Source of the DNA: Candidatus Wolfebacteria bacterium
GTDB lineage: Bacteria; Patescibacteriota; Minisyncoccia; UBA6257; UBA9933
Direction of reading: 5' to 3'
NCBI GenBank assembly: GCA_016188075.1
Contig: JACPIO010000014.1
Span: 1-60,790, forward strand
Length of the DNA stretch: 60,790 bases
Part shown: in pieces, positions 60,139 through 60,790 of the stretch
How positions within the stretch are numbered: the first letter of the stretch is position 1
Layout of the letters: each line of letters starts with the position of its first letter
Translations under genes and position numbers: made by a program
Notes under the pieces: model-generated
Databases searched by the model: none
Told to the model about the DNA's origin: nothing
What the model saw: only the letters and a program-made list of their open reading frames with translations

Positions 60139-60369
60139 ATGATCCTGAAAGAAAACAATTTTGCATACATAGACGGCGCGAACTTGCACAAAGGTGTGGC
60201 TGGTTTAGGCTGGAGGTTAAATTACAAACGATTCAGAGTGTGGCTGTCTGAAAAATATGGAGTGCGCGCCGCATATCTCTTCATGGGGCTCATACGTGCC
60301 CATTTAGAGCTTACCCAAAAAGAAAAAGCCCCCGGCGGGGACGGAACCCCGCAAGGGTCTTTTTCGTGA
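60139..60369 (+). pseudogene. Truncated NYN/LabA-like (PIN-fold) gene
   Basis: FAYIDGANLHKGVAGLGWRLNYKRFRVWL matches NYN N-termini. The ORF ends after 76 aa in unrelated sequence. Confidence 0.45.
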
Positions 60370-60613
60370 GTATTACTTGTAGTATAGCAAGTGCTCGGTA
60401 GAAGTCAATAGTTTTCCACAGGCGGTAAATATAGGGAGTAAATCTATGGAAATCGAAACCAAACAACCCCATACCAGTTCGCTACGGGGCATGCTTTCCG
60501 CATAAAGTCATCGGCGGACTCTCGCCGGCAGAGAAACTTTTAGAACACCATCAATCCCACAAATAACATCCTTATAAACTGGAGTTTGTAAGGATGTAGT
60601 GTATAATGAAATT

Positions 60614-60790
60614 ATGGCGAAAATGAAAACAGCAAAACAAATGGAGCGGCATTTAAAGGGAATGGCCAACCATTATCGCATTGAAATACTGCTTCTCGTT
60701 GCGCAGCGTGACGGTATAACGTTGGAAGATGTTGTCGATACACTTGGTGCTAATGAAAAAACGATCGGTGAACACACACGCCGGCTCTAT
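60614..60790 (+). CDS. ArsR-family HTH regulator (partial, runs off the window)
   Basis: LKGMANHYRIEILLLVAQRDGITLEDVVDTLGANEKTIGEHTRRLY. TATAAT at 60602. Confidence 0.6.
   Translation, partial: MAKMKTAKQMERHLKGMANHYRIEILLLVAQRDGITLEDVVDTLGANEKTIGEHTRRLY

Larger units (their letters stand above)
50371..60496. mobile_element. Inverted-repeat-bounded cassette carrying the type I R-M operon
   Basis: aagcatGCCCCGTAGTGAACt (50373-50393) is inverted at 60476-60496 (one mismatch) and at 60022-60035. The 24-nt hairpin AATRCGCCACCCGnnTGGCGTATT occurs at 50444 and 59931 (also 49725). No transposase or integrase is seen. Confidence 0.35.

Overview
The window looks like a chromosomal segment of a small-genome, AT-leaning bacterium. 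It resembles Candidate Phyla Radiation / Patescibacteria (Parcubacteria-like), but that is an inference from gene content: a ThrRS without an editing domain, short EF-Ts, a mini-SMC, no rplA next to rplK or rplJ, a free-standing LAGLIDADG-like gene, and many orphan ORFs.

The backbone is housekeeping: gyrB, secE-nusG-rplK, maf, a dcd/thymidylate-synthase-like/dcd block, gatB, miaA, thrS, dnaE, rnhB, rpmF, nusB, rnc, smc, rpsP, a KH protein, trmD, rpsB, tsf, a tRNA cluster with rpmG, pcm, and rplJ-rplL.

Four kinds of unusual content sit on top of this backbone:
1. The right end holds a defence region. It starts with an AT-rich nuclease and type II R-M islet (42.5-45.2 kb). A type I R-M operon follows (50.5-59.5 kb). 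That operon is bounded by inverted repeat modules and carries three extra, translationally coupled genes. Two of them have HEPN-type R-x4-6-H motifs and one is a coiled-coil 2-TM protein.
2. Five visibly GC-rich islands (about 16.4-17.2, 22.3-23.4, 23.7-24.1, 34.4-35.1 and 35.2-35.5 kb) carry strong Shine-Dalgarno sites, very small ORFs and dense stable hairpins. I cannot assign them to any RNA or protein family by eye.
3. The tRNA cluster contains a tRNA-Thr-like gene whose intact halves are separated by a complete tRNA-Thr(UGU) gene. GC-rich inverted repeats flank the interruption.
4. Several families of short 'word-like' palindromic repeats occur between genes and also inside coding sequences (gyrB, trmD, gatB, rnhB, smc, hsdR, and the stop codons of rnc and rpsB).

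I found no rRNA genes and no CRISPR array. All calls come from reading the sequence and the ORF track. No searches were run.
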